From positions 868,001-932,000 of the forward strand of contig NW_026250411.1 in assembly GCF_024521635.1 (NCBI RefSeq): a DNA stretch of 64,000 nucleotides, in the 5' to 3' direction. Origin of the DNA: Tricharina praecox. Its lineage: Eukaryota. Below the pieces are notes generated by a model that worked only from the letters and a program-made list of their open reading frames with translations, did not search any database and was not told the origin of the DNA. Below, in pieces: positions 46,201 to 60,790 of this stretch. Position 1 is the first letter of the stretch. Each line of letters begins with the position of its first letter. Both the position numbers and the translations under genes were made by a program.

Positions 46201-49200
46201 CAGCATGGCTGGCCGCTACTATATAGTAGAGATGGGAAAGCTGAAACAACCGCCCAAGGAGGAGGATGAGGAGGAGGGGGCTTCGATCGTTCAATCAATC
46301 GACTGAAACCCGACAAACAAAACTCCCCCGTTGCGTTAGACGTGGCCGATATCCCGTTTCCTACTACTGCAAGGTCCTCTGCCACACGACGAGTAGATGT
46401 ATCGTATTGTACATAGGTAGAGTAAGTAGAGTAGGTAGAGTATATAGAGTATATGAATGCAATATCTAAGACCGCAGACCGCAGATCGAGTAGCTCAAGC
46501 CCACCACCTTCCGCCACCGACTCCTCAGACGGAGGCCCCACCTACCTACCTACTCTACTTTACCTGCTTTACCCCTCTAGTTTCCCAGGAAACTCGTTGC
46601 AGCAGCTAGGCTTGCACCTGCCTGTTTGTCTGCCTACCTGCCTCCAGACTTTCAATCAGCATCCATCCGATACATAAAACCTAGGTAGGTAGGTAAGCCT
46701 CCAGTCCAATCAGCACTCATGCGTAACCCAATCGCCCACGAGCTCCGACTCTCTGAGATCCTGGGCTGAGCTGACGGGTGGCGGAAGGAGGTTTGTTTTG
46801 GCCCCTTGGGTTGGGTGGGTGGGTTGGATTGGGTTGGGTAATACTGGTAGAGCGAAGAACTCGAGGGGCCAGCCGTGTGGTGACAAGTGTTGCACGGTTG
46901 CACGTATGCATATCTACACACGATGATACGAATGGGATGGGAGTGGATGGGATGGGATGGGAGTGGAGTGGAGTGGAGTGGAGTGGAGTGGATACTTTAC
47001 TGTACTTGCTTATGTGGACTTGTGTGGAATGGCAATGGTAATCGCAAGGTAGAGTACTATCTACTACTCTAGTAGAGCACCTACTATAGAGTACCTACAC
47101 TCCTATGTAGGTCTTCTCCTCATTCAAACGGCCCAGGCTGCAACTCACGCCGATTACCCGAGCCTGCGCCCCAGCCCCAGCCCGAGCCCGATTCCAAGTC
47201 CAAGTCCAAGTCCAAGCCCGAGCCTGCGCCCGAGCCTGGCCATAAGGCTGACGATTGGCGAAGGAACAGTGTTATAATTCCGCAGCCATATGTATGAAGC
47301 ATGTACGACGGCGGATGGCAGATCCCGCATCCCCGCTCGAAGGCAAACCATCCAACCCACCAACCCACCAACCCACCAACCCTCGCAATCGCGCTCTCAT
47401 AAAATGACAGCAGAGAGTTGGATGTTTTGTTTTTTTGTTTTCCGACTCCTACGTACTATATATAATATCAGCGGAGACCGGACCATGCTGCGAAATCGGC
47501 GATTCAAGTTCTCTACCAGCTCCACCAGCTCCACCAGCTCTCCACCGCTCCACCACCGTTCTCTCCGATTCGAGGCGGGGAATTGACGGCCAAGGGTTTC
47601 TGTTTGTCGTGGAAGGGATGAAGGAAGGAAGAAAGGCAGAAAGTGACGACCAAGGGTAACTGCCTATCCCGCTCGCTGTGGAAGGAAAGAAGGAAAGGTC
47701 AAATACAGAATGTATTGTAGTTACCCGTGCCAGTACCGTACGAAGCGCAAAGCCATCGACAACACGCGGCAAGTTCTGTTGCGGAGCCCCGCACGCCTGT
47801 AGTACTCGTACATAGATGATACACAATCACGTGGGCCTGGTCTGATGATCATGCCGCTGCTCTGCGCTCCTCTCCATGCCCGCGCGCCGCGGGGTAACTT
47901 CACACACATCATATGTACATACATATCTCACACCTACATCTTGCTTAAGGTTATGTGTGTGTGTGCGTTCGGCCGTTTGACGTCCCCGCCCGTCGGAGAA
48001 ATGTGAGCCTAAATCAGCCCATGCCAATTCATTTCCACGATCCACGATCCATGCCCACCAAGCCCATGGACAGACGGAAAAAAGTAACACCATTTTCGAG
48101 CTCTTCCATGTTCCGAGGCGGATAGGATCGATCCAGGTCATGCAAGGAAGCGGCCGGGCGGGCCGGCTGCAGTATCTACTAGTAGGGGGGAGTCTCGGGT
48201 GCTTCCGAGAAAACAGGCAGGCAAACGTCAGCCTGGCGCCGGAAGCCTTGGCTCTAATCCCGATTGTGGAATTCTGCGCTCGAGCGGCGGCGGGCGGCGG
48301 ATGGCGGGCAGCGGCGGTGGTGGTCGCGACAGCGCGAATAGAACATCCTCGGCGGTTCGGTCGTCGTCGTTGTCGCGGGGGAGGAGGCTATCGGTATCGG
48401 CAGGGAGACGTCAGATGTCGCACTCGCGCATGAAAGCCGCGGGAGAGTCAAGACTCAAGACAACTATGTATAACCAGGAGGCTCTCATCACTGCGGCTCA
48501 AGCCAGCGGAGCCGGAATTCGGCGCTGGCGATGCTGCACGCACGGACGCCAGCCAACACCCAGTTCCCAGGTAGTTCCCAGTTCCTAGCCTCATGTACCG
48601 GGTGAAGCCGGGGTGCAAGTGGGCGCGGGGTTAGCGTTTCACACGTCTCCCACCCCATCCCTCATCCCGAGTCCCCTCCCGAAACGAAACGAAATGGCCG
48701 CACATGTGGCGCGACACCGCCAGACACCGCCAGACACCGCGAGACTAATCGACTGACCAGCGACCTTCCGACCGTCCGACCGACCGACGGCGCAGAGAAA
48801 AGAAAAACCGGGCATCAGCCACGCGACTAGGCTACGGAAAAAAATTCTCCTCCTCCGACACGCTCGCCCGTTGCCTGGTCATAGGTACATACCGTAGTTG
48901 CATACCGTAGCCTTTCCGCGGCCACCCCTGCCCTGTGCATGTGCTTGTCCCTGCCCCGGTGCCTGGTCGTCGTCGTCGTCGGAAGGTTCGCAGCTCGATA
49001 GGCTTCGATTCGCGGGCGAAAAAAGAAGGTTAGCTTTTTTTTCGCACCCGATACACGCAAAATAGCTATCCGCGCGCGCATCGATGCCCGCGGGGGGGGG
49101 GGGGGGGGGATCACCACGATTTCGCGTGTAACTTCTCTGCTCTGCTGGGCGGGAAAAAAACGGATATGTACTGTGTGTATGTATGATACATACCGTCACG

Positions 49201-51888
49201 ATACCGTCACGATACCGGTAAGTTACCGGTACGTTACCGTTCGCTTCATGATCACGGCATGATCACGGCATGACCACGTCGGTGCACATGATGCAGTGAC
49301 TACATTTGTACTGACTACGACCAAACTTTCAGTGGGGGTGGGGGGTGTTCTTCTAATCCGGACCAGACGGTGCGTGTGCGTGTCTCTGGAGCACGTATGT
49401 GTGTATGTATGCAGTACCCGCTACCGCCACCTCTACCCGCTACCGTTACAGCTACCGGCACCGGTACCAGCATTCTATGTACGAGTACTATGATAGGCTC
49501 GTCGGGCGTCGGTCGGGCGTCAAGGCCTTGATGATTCGTCCGGGAAGCTGTATGTGGACTACATTGAACGTCATGCATCCCACCACCCACCAACCAACCC
49601 GCGCCTCTCACTCGCTCGCGAGTCGCGACTGACCGGAGGTGGCCCCCCCGCCGCCGCCGTAGGTGGTTATCGCCAATGAGCGGCGCCTACGGACCTACGG
49701 TGCCGGGTGCTGCACGGGGAACGATAGATACGGTACTTGGAGGTTACGGTACGGCTGTTGGAACTTGGGCGAGACCGTTGGCACCACACAGAAAGCTCAC
49801 AGTTCAAAGTTTTTCCATCCCATGCCCACCCCATGCCCACCATGCCCACCCACCGTACCCCCCGCCAGCGGCCAGGGCTGAGGATGGATTCTGGATGGAT
49901 TGGTCAATCACGGGTATATAGATGCCCCGGTTGTGTACGGTATGTAGATCAGGCTTTTAGGTGTTTTTTATTTTTCCGTGATTACCTACCTGGATGACCG
50001 TGGTCCGTGGTCCGTGGTTGTGGTTGTGGTAGGTATACCAGTAGGTAGTAGAGTAGAGGGCTCGTGGTCAGCTTATTCGGAGGGAGGGAGGGAGGGCTCA
50101 GGGAGGCTCCATGGATATGGGATATGGATATGGATATGGATATAAACAACCAAATGAGCTGGTGATTGACAAATTTGACAAATTGACATTTGAAGCGCCT
50201 CTGGAATACTCATCGGAACCACACGACCTGGATTACTCTAGAGGAGTGATGACAGCAGAGCACAGTCAAACATGACGAGCACGCAGGATGGATGAATAGT
50301 TATCGACAAAGTTCAAACCATTACTCGCCCAACTATTACCACAACGTCCCAACGGGCTCAGTGTGAAACGTGATTACTCCCAGACTCCCAACACAACCTC
50401 ACGCCTTAGGCCTTGAGCCTTGGAGTAGCACACCAGCGGCCAGCCGCGACTTGGATCTACTCTATTTATGCGTAAACTCGAAAGGACACATGTGACAAGA
50501 CCTGGGCGGAACAATATCGGAATCCATGTCCTCTTGCCCGCATATTAATTCACAATCTCCTTTCGCGAGAAATCCTACTCGAAACCTCCACGCCGTGACG
50601 TTCGCACGCCAGGTACCGTGGGCGCGCATGTTGCGGCTGGTGTCGTCGTCGGGAATGCGAGGGCTGGAATAATCCGCGGTTCCGAGTTCCGAGTGCTTCA
50701 GACTTCAGTTGGGTACTCCGGAACGCAAGCCGGTAGTTACCTACTCATGTCCGGGTCTATTGGGACGATACCCATGATTCCACCGAGACCGAGACCGGAG
50801 TCGACGACTGCGGCTCCCGAGTCCCGATTCTACCCACCGCCACGGTTCAGGTTCAGGTTCAGGTTCGGCTTCAGGTTCGGCTTCAGGTTCAGCGAGCCGT
50901 TCGCGTCCGGAGAGAGAGCTCTCCTCCCCCTACCACCAGCAGTGGTCTTTCGAGACCCATTCGTTGGCCCCACGGTGGCCGTGGTATCGAAGATGACGAC
51001 GGCCCCTTCCTCCAGGTTTCAGAACTCGGCTCGCGCCATATGTAGGCAACCAACGGCCAAGCCTCGCTGGTTTTTTTCTTCGGTGAACCCACGAACCGGC
51101 TCTTCCCTTTCGTGAGCGCCGGCGCGGGAATCTGCAAGCTAGAATCCTTCCCTTCCCGATTCTAGATACATAGAAGGAGATCTTTGTCGGGCATTGGATC
51201 GGCGAAGGGTAGGCACCTCTACATACGGTACGGTGACGGTGACGGTGACGAGGAGCACTCCGAGGAGAACGTTCGATGACGTTGTTCGGGAAGAAGAAGA
51301 CAGCTAGATAAAGCCCAAGCTTCCGCCGCCGTCGTCGTCGTCGTGGTCGTCGATGCAGCTGGGCTTGGCGAACCTGCATAAGTGTGTAAGTAAGAGCCCG
51401 TGTCTGCCTCAGCCCGACACGGTTAGCGGTTTCGGGTGGAGTCCGACTGTCCGAGTCGAGGTTTCCGAAGGCTTGTGCAGATCGTGAAGATATTTTGAAG
51501 CACAGGGCTGGCTGTGCACAGTAGTGTTGGTGGGTTTGGTGGGTTTGGATTACTCTGGAGTCTGCTGGAACTGTCGTGACGTCCCGTACGGCGTACGATG
51601 CTCTAATTCACGCCGCGCTCGACATTGTTCCGTAGCATAGCCAGCCGAGCGTTCAGCGTTCCTTTGTCTGGAATGAGTATCATGGAAGGCGCGAGGCCGG
51701 AGAGAAAAGAAAGCTCACGACCGCCGCAAGGTATATTTTGCCTAGCCCCATCCAGCCATCCAGCATCCCAGACTCCCAGTAAACTTTTTTCTTTTTCATT
51801 TTAGCCTTTCCGACTCGCCTGTCCCAACTCGCCTGACACATCGGCATCCGTCGAACCACCTGGCAGGCAGGCTGGCACCGACCGACGC

Positions 51889-51951
51889 CCGGTCGTTTCC
51901 CATCCGGTCGTTTCCCACCCGTTCGTTTCCCATCCGGTCGTTTCCCATCCG
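51889..51951. repeat. 15-bp tandem repeat x4
   Basis: CCG(G/T)TCGTTTCCCA(T/C) repeated four times. Confidence 0.9.
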
Positions 51952-54287
51952 TTATCGCCCGCATGCTCCGAGGATCGAGCCCTCTTCCCCCGAAACTCGT
52001 GCTCGGCGGGGAGAGAAGCTATCCAAGCTGCCAAAACTGGCAACTAACTCCGGAGGAACACTCTGTGCTTTTTTTTTTTTGCGAGATGGTTAGAGTAGAG
52101 TACATGCCCGTCTGACAGATCACGGCTTCGCCAAGAATGGAATGCGAAAAACTGAAGAAAAAAACAACAAACGATTGTGCTTATGCGCGACGATTGGTGA
52201 CGACTTCTTCTGGGGAGTTCAGTTCACTAAGCAGCAGTCGAAGAAGTTGCACCCCCAACTGGGCCACCACAGTGGGGAATCCCACATCTCACCGCCGCCC
52301 AGTACCGTACGTACCCGGAGTAGGTAGTTACTCTAGAGTACCCAGGTAGTTAGTAGTTAGATAGAATCGACTGTGGTGCTGTGCTGTGTTGTGTTGTGTC
52401 GTGTCGTGTTCGCCGCTGCGCTGAGCAGCCAGCCAATCTCAGCACAACGTTCGGTCAACCACCACGCCGCCAATGCTCTTCGCTGTTTCTGCCTGCCTGT
52501 GCATCATGTACCTACCTGCCTCATACCTGCCTACACACATACCTAAACTACTGACTACTGCCCATTGTCTCCCACGTTTTGGTTTGTTCGTATCGCTGTG
52601 CTGCTGAGGCGTGAACACGGGGTGGGGGGAGTCCCACTAGGTATCGTCGAGTCGTCGAGTCGGAGTGAAGCCTGAAGCCTGAAGCCTTGGGGGGGTCGGT
52701 TCTATTGGGAAACCCGTTTGTTCTGAATCACAGCGAAGAAGAAAGCCCCGAGTCCTTCGATGAAAAATTTTACGTTCCTACACCCCGCCTCGGTGGGAGG
52801 GCCCATCCACGCATTCCCGTTCACCTATTCGCCAAACCAACACAAAGGCCAGCGTTATTCGGCACGCACTGACTGCACTGCACTCGACGACCCTCCGACC
52901 GACCGACGTTTCCCAGCAATCGCAGGAAAGGCAAGAAAGAAGAAAAAAACTCCTCCACTGCTCCACTGCTCCACTCCTCGACTCCTCTTCCACGTATCCT
53001 GCAGCGGGGTGCGTGCTGAACCGGGAGTGCTGGGAGTGCTGGAATGCTGGGAATGCTGGGAGTGCTGCTGGTGGGTTAGTTACGTGGCTGCGTGTGGGCC
53101 GGTCGTCGATTCGTCGGACGAACCGACTTCTCACGATAGGTAGGCAGAGTAGGTTACAGGTGTGTAGGTATGCGACCAGGGCCAACACCGGCCGTATGAG
53201 AGCAAGTACCGCAGACGCGATACCGCCATGACCGCGTTGGTTTCTGGACAGGGTATGTAGGGGAGGGGCGAGGGGCGAGGGGCGAGGGAGCGAAGGGAGA
53301 GACGGGGAAGGGAGGGACGGGTATCCCGCTGTGCTTCTTCGCTCGGTTGCCGGTTTATGGACGGTGATATGATCTGTACGATATGGGGGAGGGGGCCTGT
53401 GGGGGGTTCTTTGGAGAAGACGGCACTTGGCCGCGGGAGGAGGGATAGGAAGTAGCCAAGTACTTGGGTAGATATGTGGGATCTCGTCGTCAACCCACAA
53501 TACGGCATCACTACCACGACTATCTGCTACTACCACTACGGCACTGCTACCACTCCTCCTCCAGATGCGTGCTGACTACGACTATCCACATTCTCCTCCC
53601 ACGATGCCTGCTGACTACGACTATCTTCACACTCCCCCCACGATGCCTGCTACGACTCCCCTCTCCTCCTCGACACACCGTACTCTATTAGTCCACTCTA
53701 TCCACTCTACTCTATTTCCCATCCCACTCGCTCTGGCACTCGGCGCTACCTAACGGGTCGGGGCCGGGAGTGAGGGTCGCACAGATGATTTGCGGTCGGC
53801 GGGCTGCGGGCTGCGCTGCGCTGCTGCGACGCAACGTACGAGCGCCCTAGCGATGCGCGAACAACTGGCTCCCGATGTCTTCCTTTATATCCATCCCTCC
53901 CCGGAATATCCTCAACCCATACCACCTCGCTCCACTTCGCTCCCCCGTCCGCTCACGAAAATCCATCTTCCGCGTCCTGGATAAATACCCCGAGCCCGCC
54001 CCCCCTCGCCACTGCCTCTTTTTCTGAACAGTTAGCCAGACCAGCAAGACCAGCCAGACCCAGCCAGACCCAGCCAGCCGATAACCCGATCCCGCACAGA
54101 CATATCCACCCAGTCAAAGCTCCCACTTACCCATCCCGCCAGACCAACAATTGCCATCTCACCCGAACACATCCTAGCCCGAGTCTGCCACTGAAAGCTC
54201 GGATTCACCTGCCCTGCATAACCACCTGAGACACCACCCCCCCTCCCCCCAGCCCTGCTGCTTCAACTCATAAGCCTCCCGCCCACC

Positions 54288-55622
54288 ATGTCCAACGCAA
54301 TGAAAAAGCTCAAGCTCCTCCACCACCTGACGGCTGCTTCAGCCTCGCACCCTCCCACTCACTCACCTGCCGCTGCTCAGCCCACCCCCCAACAACAACA
54401 CCACCAGCAACAGCAGTTCCCAACACCACCCGCCTCACCCGTGTCTCCCCAGGCCACTCCCACGAGACACCAATACAATCCGCACGCACACTATACAGAT
54501 GTTCTGCGGTCGGCACGCGCAGCACTACACACTCTACACGCCTCGCAACCTTCCTACACAAACACAACACATCCCCCTCCACCTCCTCCCAGCCACAACA
54601 TCAACACCAACAACATGGGCCGACAGACTACACAGTGCCTGCTTCCAGGCGGATTCATGATCCTGACACCCGCTTCTTCCTACGACAACACTCCCGGCCT
54701 CTGCGTACCCGCGAGCCCACCGCCCACCAGCATGGCCATCAACCACAACCATCACGGCTCGCCGATGCAGAACTCCTCCGTACCGAGGGGAAACACCACC
54801 ATCTACTCTTCACGACCACCACCTGCCGCCTCGCCATCGCCGAAGCCGAGCTCGTCCTACCAACACCTGCGGGAACAGTCGAGGTCTCGCTCCAAGCCTC
54901 CCGCTAGGCCACGCCAGAAGCTCACCAAGGAGGCCGTCTCCAAGGTCAGCGGGGACTCGCGGGAAGCACGGTGGGAACGGGTCTTGGGCTACCTTCGTGA
55001 GCAGAGGGCCAACACTCTTCCCGCTGCTGCTGCTGCTGCCGCTTCCCCCGCCTCCGCCGGCACATGGTCCAACTACGGTTCTCCCTCGGGGACCCCACCG
55101 TCGAAGAAGACCATCGATCGCAAACGCCGCGCCGAGCAGATCGCACTCATCGACGCGCGAAACCGCGTGCTCGATACCATCGACCTGCAGGAACAGGAGC
55201 TACGATCCTGCTGGTCCGGCGGTTCCGGCGGCACCAACGGTGTCGACGAGTTCATGTGGAGCGAGGACGAGGACGACGACATCATGCCGGCGCCCAAGGG
55301 ACCCCCGCCACAAAAGATCCTGCCCGAAGGATACCTTGGAAGCACTAGTGGTCGCGGCAGTGGCGAAATCAACAACGACGAGGGCATCTTTGAATGCGAG
55401 ATGCAGATCGACGAATACCTCCAGCAGCCACCCACACGACTCAGCACTCCGAGCAATCAGGACCGCAAACGTGCCCGTCCCAGAAGCACTCCCGAGGAGC
55501 TCGCTTTTCAGAGGATGTGGGGCAAGAGGATCGTCGAGGAGATGCCTGCTCTCTGTCGCGAAAGTGAATTGGAGGGCGGACTTGGCCGGCTGATGGGAAG
55601 AAGAATGTCGGCCGCGTACTAG
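54288..55622 (+). CDS. Hypothetical low-complexity (P/S/Q/H-rich) protein, 444 aa, single exon
   Basis: Long ORF with a CCACCATG start, a C-rich leader, TATA-like TTTATAT/GATAAATA ~300-400 bp upstream and a T-rich 3' region. No domain recognised. Confidence 0.8.
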   Translation: MSNAMKKLKLLHHLTAASASHPPTHSPAAAQPTPQQQHHQQQQFPTPPASPVSPQATPTRHQYNPHAHYTDVLRSARAALHTLHASQPSYTNTTHPPPPPPSHNINTNNMGRQTTQCLLPGGFMILTPASSYDNTPGLCVPASPPPTSMAINHNHHGSPMQNSSVPRGNTTIYSSRPPPAASPSPKPSSSYQHLREQSRSRSKPPARPRQKLTKEAVSKVSGDSREARWERVLGYLREQRANTLPAAAAAAASPASAGTWSNYGSPSGTPPSKKTIDRKRRAEQIALIDARNRVLDTIDLQEQELRSCWSGGSGGTNGVDEFMWSEDEDDDIMPAPKGPPPQKILPEGYLGSTSGRGSGEINNDEGIFECEMQIDEYLQQPPTRLSTPSNQDRKRARPRSTPEELAFQRMWGKRIVEEMPALCRESELEGGLGRLMGRRMSAAY

Positions 55623-56645
55623 AGCGGGAGACAGGATTATTGTAAATACTGGAGGAGGGTATGATGCAGATGCACGGATTCTCGTCTATCGAGAAGGCCT
55701 TTGTTGCACGCATGGGAGGACCGGGTTGTTTATTGTTTCTTTTCTTTTCTTTTGTCCATACCTTACTTATACACTTGGGGGCGCGTGGGGCGTTTTTTCT
55801 TCTTCTTGTTTTCTTTCGAGCACTGGCTGGTTTTGTTTTTTAATCACTTCCTTTGGGGTTTCTGGAAGGGGAGAGTCGGTTCGTGTTGCGGGTTTTGGGT
55901 TCGGGTTTTGGGTTTTGGGGTGTCCTTTTTTATTATTATTATTGTTTTTTCTTCCTCCCATCATGTTTTCGGGGGGAAGTCTCCTCTCTACTACTCTACT
56001 TGCTCTCTCTCTCTCTGCTCCAGATCATCACTTTACCGACTACCTCATACTCTAGAATAGAATCGCGGGGGTTGCAAAAAAAAAAATTTGAGAACAAAGA
56101 AAAGAATCTTTCTGACATCTGACATCTTGTGCGGTGATCTTGTTTCTTCCGGTGATGGTAGAGAGGCAGCGTCTATGGGTCTGTGGGTTTGTGGGTTTGT
56201 GGGTTTGTGGAACCTGCTCTTTTGCTATGCGCGCATATCTGGCAATAATGAACGTCGAAGGGTGAACACCGGCAAAGGTCGCCGCCAAACCCGTCCGCCT
56301 GCCAGACAGCCAGCAAGCCCCTTATTGCTCAGGTCAGCTCAGCCCTATCTTTCGGTTACCTAGATACTCATTTGGCAAGAGTACATATGTATCAACCAAG
56401 TAGGTACTTCGGTACTGGTAGGTATAATCTTTGAGGGTTTTCCCGACAAGATCGGAATCATTTCCGGAGTCCGGATCCTGGTAGAATATCGGCGGCCTGT
56501 CCTACATACTTGTCTACATATCTGTTTTGGCCGCGAGTGGATGGGAATCATGGGATTCCCAGGGGGCTGGGACTGACAGGTTGTTATCTACCTATCTGTA
56601 GTATCGCATATCGCATATCTGTGTATAGGAACTGGACATCGCCGC

Positions 56646-56800
56646 GCCCTGAAAAGTGTCCTGAGGGGTATCCTGAAAGTATTCTGAATGGTTCCCTGAC
56701 AGGTATGTATCCTACGTCCTGAAAGGTGCCCTGAAAGGTGCCCTGAAAGGTGCCCTGAAAGGTGCCCTGAGACCTCGCCCTGAAAGGCATCCTGAGACCT
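56646..56800. repeat. 12-bp minisatellite CCTGAAAGGTGC with degenerate flanking units
   Basis: Four perfect units at ~56718-56765 and CCTGA-anchored variants on both sides. Confidence 0.9.
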
Positions 56801-58521
56801 CACCCTAGCCCTCGCCCTCACCCTCGGTGCTTCAAAGTTCATCCCTTTCACAGTCAGAGTCACGCTCAGACATCCATACGGATACCCATACGGATATATA
56901 TGGCATACCCATACGGAACGTATGCTACTATACACATATCCATTGTCCGAGCAGAACGCTGATCGATCAGGACGAGGATCGGGACGAGCCTCGAGGAATG
57001 GACGAAGGAAGGGCCCGTCGACCTGGAGGCTGGCAGGCCGGTAGGCTCCAGTACATCAGGCTCAAAGATCCTCCGCTGGTGGGATACCTACCTACATAGG
57101 TAGGCGTAGCAGAGTCCACTTACCCTCACCCTCGCCCTCGCCCGTGCGAGGTGCGAGTTGCATATCACCAACGCCTTCCGAGGGCTCAAAAACTCGGCCC
57201 CGGGGGCCACGTTATATATGCACCTCCCTCCGGTCCTAACAGCCATAGCCACACCAAGCTTTTCCGCCTGGACCACGGATACGGCGGGAAAGAAAGCAGA
57301 AGAAAACATCCCGCATCATTCCGTCGCCGCCGCTGCCTAGAAACTCTCGAAGCCGATACCGTCCCGCTGTGGCCTGTGGCGGCCGATAACTGTGGCGCGC
57401 ATCACGCATCACGCATCACTATCACGCATCAACGGTGTACCTATGTACAAGTACCAGAGCGGGGCTTACCTTATCTCAGTAAATGGTAGTAGTGGCAGTG
57501 CTGGTGGTAGTGATTCACAAGTCAGCACGATCGCAATATATCGCACATGTCTAGAGCGGCAAAGTACTCTACTATATATACGTGACGTGCTTGCGTGCAT
57601 ATGTATATGAGCTGACATGTGTGTCGCAGGTCCGCAGCGGATACATGTACATGTACATATGATGTATGATGTATGATGTTTCCAGCGGCGACGCATACGT
57701 ACCTAAGGTACGTAGGTATGTACCCCGCTCGACCACTCGACCTCGCGATGGGATGGACCGTGGACGGGGAGGCGGGGGCGGGGTGCCGGGCACGGGCAAG
57801 ATGAGTGCAACGTTGTGCGTGATGGTGCGGAGTAGGTACCTATATATCCTGTTTAGCTACGGATATTGTCCGCACCGATACAGTCCGCGCCGATACAGTA
57901 CAGTGCACTGCCTCGCCTTGCCTTGTATGTACAGACTGTACATATCGATCGTGCGGGGCGGGGAGAGGAGGGCGAAGCAGCGCGACATAGCCGGACGGTA
58001 TATACGGTATATACGGTATACATATATCCGCAAAGGCAGTGGGGGGACGGCTATGGGCGATCGAGCAGCTAGGTAGCACATGCTCGGATCTCGATATAGT
58101 AGTGGCGGAGGTCTGAAGGTGTGGAACGAGTGAGTTTCAGCGCAGTAGAGCTGCCACGTTGCGGGCTAACACGGAGTATCTACCGTACATATAGCCGAAG
58201 TGGAGGTGGACGTGGACGGGGGGAGGGGAGAGGGTTAATATCACCGCTGCAGAGACTAGAGGAGAGCCGGCGGATGGCCGGCGGAGGTTACTTAGCTACC
58301 TACGAGTGATCAAACGTGCAACTCAGCGGGCGGCTAGGAAGTCCGCTAGTTGCTACCTACATACTCTAGAGTAGATAATTGTCAGTCCGGAGGCAAAAAC
58401 CCACTGGGCATCGAAGTTCCAGAGATCGGAAAGCACAAACTCGAAACCCGACACCATTGCACAGCACGCAGCCACACATACATGCTTCACAAAGTCCAGC
58501 CACGGCAAACCAACACGCAAG

Positions 58522-58594
58522 GCCTCGCTAGCTCAATCGGTAGAGCGTAAGACTCTTAATCTTAAGGCTGCGGGTTCGACCCCCGCGTGGGGCT
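58522..58594 (+). tRNA. tRNA-Lys(CTT), identical to 27351-27423
   Basis: Same 73-nt sequence; similar immediate flanks (CAACACG.AAG upstream, TTCAT.TTTT downstream). Confidence 0.96.
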
Positions 58595-59737
58595 TTCATC
58601 TTTTGCTTTTGCTTCCCTCCCATTATCTTTTCCATGGTGGCTTAAAGCTTTTGCCTCCAAGGGTTGTCAGTGGTGGACAAACCATTAACCAGAGCCCAGT
58701 ATGTAGCGGGCGAGGCCGGAAGAACTTTTTTCCTACAGAAATTTTGCCCCTGGCCAGCCAGTGGCGCTATGTGCATACGTGGCTTGGGCTTGGGCTGGGG
58801 CTTGCGGGAACGAGGATGGAAGACGGCAATTTGCAAGGAAGAACGGAGACCCATAACTGCATAGACGCCGTCAACGGCTGCCGAGAGATATATATGTATC
58901 ATACACGCGGATCCACCCACCCGTAACTAATCGCCCGTGATTCCTCGGGCTGAAGATTTTTCCGGGCCCATGAACCTAGATTTCGAATTTTACATGTATT
59001 CACGTAGGGTACGTATGCAGGTACCGGTGGAGGCCGCAAATATTTCTCCGAATTTGATGACGTAGGTTCGTTGGGCCGGAAACCCCGAGAGAGATGACGC
59101 ACGGCGAAGACGTGGTACGGCGGTACTTGCCTTTTTTTTGAGCTTGCGAGCTACCTATCTAGTCCTTGTCCACCGTCCAGCCCGACCTTGACAGACGGCC
59201 CTACATGGCTTCCGCTGGCCTTTCCCCGACGATGTGTACTTACATGTACATACTTGGAACGCAGCAAAGAAACAAAGCTATCTACCTCCTATGTATGTAA
59301 GAAAAAATAAGGTCCACTCACCCCCTCGTACATACGCATATCGAGTACCTACCATACATCGTCTCCAGCCGTGTTATCTTGCCGTACCGTATGCCAGCTC
59401 CCGTTCTCGACGTAAAGCGAAAACCGCATGGTACAGTTATTTCCGGCGACCATATATAGGCCAGAAGAGGCTCTCCACATTATACGCCTCTGCCAACGCA
59501 CTTCCAATTCTCGGCCGCCATCTTCACCGGTGGCCGAGGGCTCGTATATACCTATGTAATTGTTGTCACTCGGCGATCACTCAGTGCTTTTCTACCTACA
59601 CTCACTTGGTCGGGCAAGCCGTCTGGCCATACGTGCTGATACGGTACCCAAGTACCTTGCGACACTCCGTTTCACCCGTTTCTATCCCTCGTCTCCGTCT
59701 CGATTCGTCCAAACCCTTCGTTTTGGGGTTTTGGTCA

Positions 59738-59769
<32 letters not shown>

Positions 59770-60100
59770 GTCCTATACAGATCGTGGCAATGGCCACTCC
59801 GTTTCCGTGTCCACTGTCCACTGTCCACTGTCCAACCAGACTTTCGTTGGATGGCCAGACGTGGCTTCCTTGCAGAGCACACCAAGGAAATAAAGCTAGG
59901 AAATACAAATTCCGCTCCTCACCCGCTTCATTCCCTGCCTCTTTGTCAGGAGATGACATGAAGCATGGTGTGAGCTCGGTTTCTCAATCCCACCGCCCTG
60001 CTCCTCTCCGCCGCTCAAACCCTTCCATCCTCCAGCGCAGCTAGTACGCACACACGAGTGATGGCTCATGTACCCCTTTTTTCATATTCGAGCCTCCAAA

Positions 60101-60173
60101 GCCTCGCTAGCTCAATCGGTAGAGCGTCAGACTCTTAATCTGAAGGTTGCGGGTTCGACCCCCGCGTGGGGCT
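60101..60173 (+). tRNA. tRNA-Lys(CTT), isodecoder variant
   Basis: Cloverleaf with TCAGA-CTCTTAA-TCTGA anticodon arm. Confidence 0.95.
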
Positions 60174-60790
60174 GTCTGTGGACAGCTCAGCTGTTGCTTT
60201 TGCTTTTGTTTTTGTTGTTGGTCTGGGCGTGGTGAAATTTTTGCTCCCATCCATGTCACTCTGTGCCGTCCCGTTAGCCGTGCTGGGAGGCTCGGATGCG
60301 ATATCCACTGCCCACTGCCAGCCCTTGGGCACTGGCACCGGAATTTTCACTGTCACTGCCACTGCCACTACCCTACGCAGCCGGACCAGACTCTACGGAC
60401 CGAAACGGCGATTCGACTACGGGATTACCTACCAACCTAGTAGGCAGAGTATATACGGTATGTAGGTATTCCACCAGTACGCGCAGCCCATCCCCCATCC
60501 CATATGTGCAATGAAAAGCCCTCCGCCGCACCGATCCAGACCCCTGCTGCTGCCTCCCCGTCATCGAGTTTGCATATATGTACCTACGTTTGTTATTGAT
60601 AGCGACTGAATGGATGAATTACAGTATGTGTATTATGTCTAGAGAAGGGAGGCTGTAGCCTCGAGCCTAGGAAAGAGGCGAAAGCCTGTGCCAACGATGA
60701 CAACGTATCGAGTGAGATATTATAGCATCGTTTCCAACCAATAACCCGAGTGAGAGTCCATGGATCCTTTTGCGCACCTCCCGGCATAAA

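Noticed and set aside
52778..53536. 252-aa minus-strand ORF and similar ORFs at 59234-59893 and 60770-61441
   Set aside because: Made of simple repeats or overlapping tRNA genes, with non-ATG starts and no protein-like conservation.
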